A DNA stretch of 64,000 bases from Malacoraja senta (taxonomy: Eukaryota): contig CM075997.1 of the NCBI GenBank assembly GCA_038087875.1, positions 7,814,001 through 7,878,000 on the forward strand, in the 5' to 3' direction. Under the pieces are notes generated by a model. It was not told the DNA's origin. It did no database searches and saw only the letters and a program-made list of their open reading frames with translations. The translations under genes were made by a program, and so were the position numbers. Shown piece after piece: positions 61,981-64,000 of the stretch (its first letter is position 1; each line of letters starts with the position of its first letter).

Positions 61981-63740
61981 GAGATGGGGGAGATATTGAA
62001 CAATTTCTTTTCTTCGGTATTCACCAAGGAGGATATGGAATTATGTGAGGTAAGGGAAACAAGCAGAGTAGCAATGGAAACTATGAGATTCAAAGAAGAG
62101 GAGGTGCGGACACTTTTGAAAAATATGAAAATGGATAAGTCTCCAGGTCCTGACAGGATATTCCCTAGGACATTGAGGGAAGTTAGTGTAGAAATAGCTG
62201 GGGCTATCACAGAAATATTTCAAATGTCATTAGAAACGGAAATAGTGCCGGAGGATTGGCGTACTGAGCATGTTGTTCCGTTGTTTAAAAAGGGTTCTAA
62301 GAGTAAACCTAGCAATTATAGACCTGTTAGTTTGACGTCAGTGGTGGGCAAATTAATGGAAAGGATACTTAGAGATGATGTATATAATCATCTGGATAAA
62401 CAGGGTCTGATTAGGAACAGTCAACATGGATTTGTGCCTGGAAGGTCATGTTTGACTAATCTTCTTGAATTTTTCGAAGAGGTTACTAGGGAAATTGATG
62501 AGGGTAAAGCAGTGGATGTTGTCTATATGGACTTCAGTAAGGCCTTTGACAAGGTTCCTCATGGAAGGTTGGTTAAGAAGATTCAATTGTTGGCTATTAA
62601 TGGTGGAGTAGCAAGATGGATTCAACAGTGGCTGAATGGGAGATGCCAGAGAGTAATGGTGGATGGCTGTTTGTCAGGTTGGAGGCTGGTGACTAGTGGG
62701 GTGCCTCAGGGGTCAGTGTTAGGTCCACTGTTGTTTGTCATGTACATCAATGATCTGGATGATGGTGTGCAAAATTGGATTAGCAAGTATGCAGATGATA
62801 CTAAGATAGGTGGTGTTGTGGATAATGAAGTAGATTTTCAAAGTCTACAGAGAGATTTAGGCCATTTGGAAGAGTGGGCTGAAACATGGCAGATGGAGTT
62901 TAATGCTGATAAATGTGAGGTGCTACATCTCGGCAGGACAAATCAAAATAGGACGCACATGGTAAATGGTAGCGAATTGAGGAATGCAGTTGAACAGAGG
63001 GATCTAGGAATAACTGTGCATAGTTCCCTGAAGGTGGAATCTCATGTAGATAGGGTGGTAAAGAAAGCTTTTGGTGTGCTGGCCTTCATAAATCAGAGCA
63101 TTGAATATAGAAGTTGGGATGTAATGTTAAAATTGTACAAGGCATTGGTGAGGCCAATTCTGGAGTATGGTGTACAATTTTGGTTGCCCAATTATAGGAA
63201 GGATGTCAACAAAATAGAGAGAGTACAGAGGAGATTTACTAGAATGTTGCCTGGGTTTCAGCAACTAAATTACAGAGAAAAGTTGAACAAGTTAGGTCTT
63301 TATTCTTTGGAGCGCAGAAGGTTAAGGGGGGACTTGATAGAGGTCTTTAAAATGATGAGCGGGTTAGACAGAGTTGACGTGGATAAGCTTTTCCCATTGA
63401 GAGTAGGGAAGATTCAAACAAGGGGACATGACTTGAGAATTAAGGGACAGAAGTTTAGGGGTAACATTAGGGGGAACGTCTTTACTCAGAGTGGTAGCTG
63501 TGTGGAATGAGCTTCCAGTGGAAGTGGTGGAGGCAGGTTTGATTTTATCCCTTAAAAATAGATTGAATGGGTATATGGACGGGAAAGGAATGGAGGGATA
63601 TGGTCTGAGTGCAGGCAGATGGGACTAGGGGGAAGTAAGAAGAAAGAAGGGGGGGAAAAAAAAGTGTTCGGCACGGACTTGAAGGGCCGAGATGGCCTGT
63701 TTCCGTACTGTAATGGTTATATGGTATTATATGGTTATAT
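61981..63740 (+). mobile_element. CR1 subfamily B (RT to 3' tail) inserted in a subfamily A RT (61653-61980, resumes 63741-64000)
   Basis: Host reads YINDLDE|GIQSNISKFADD across the insertion; insert has YADD and a (atggttat)n tail. Confidence 0.92.
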
Positions 63741-64000
63741 GGAGGGGATTCAAAGTAACATTAGCAAATTTGCAGATGACCTAAAGCTGGGTGGCAGTGT
63801 GAACTGTAAGGAGGATGCTATGAGAATGCAGGGTGACTTGGACAGGTTGGAGAAGATGCATGGCAGATGAAGTTTAATGCGGATAAATGTGAGGTTATCC
63901 ACTTTGGTAGCAAAAACAGGAAGGCAGATTACTATCTAAATGGCGTCAAGTTGGGAAAAGGGGAAGTACAACAGGATCTGGGGGTCCTTGTTCATCAGTC

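Noticed and set aside
61654..63510. 618-aa ORF with a duplicated RT N-terminal region
   Set aside because: Chance in-frame fusion of a CR1-B insertion into a CR1-A RT; the host resumes at 63741
52296..64000. Next upstream nckap1l exon (expected KRMTIIG motif)
   Set aside because: Not found by eye; probably beyond the window

Overview
Vertebrate genomic DNA, most likely a cartilaginous fish (inferred from HE1-type V-SINEs and HER1-like CR1 LINEs), and mostly repeat-derived. The only in-place host gene I can support is the 3' part of nckap1l (HEM1, WAVE regulatory complex). It lies on the minus strand as six GT-AG coding exons (52295-52215, 48352-48259, 43564-43451, 42447-42338, 34776-34687, 24093-23977) that splice in frame. 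The rest is CR1 LINEs of several subfamilies, Rex1/Babar, L2, Penelope-like elements with minimal hammerhead motifs, V-SINEs, Harbinger-type MITEs, Ty3/gypsy elements (Mag-like and CsRn1-like) and a structurally complete DIRS1-type tyrosine-recombinase retrotransposon. The standout is a nested structure: a CR1 contains the DIRS element, which contains a 2.5-kb LTR element with 204-bp LTRs, a GCTTT TSD and a tRNA-Leu PBS. In that LTR element gag-PR-RT-RH are replaced by an antisense piece of a host p24/TMED3-7-like gene (signal peptide plus GOLD N-terminus, open ORF, UPRE-like motif upstream). Several CR1 insertions also show inversion or foldback junctions suggestive of twin priming. All coordinates and identities were read by eye; no database searches were run.
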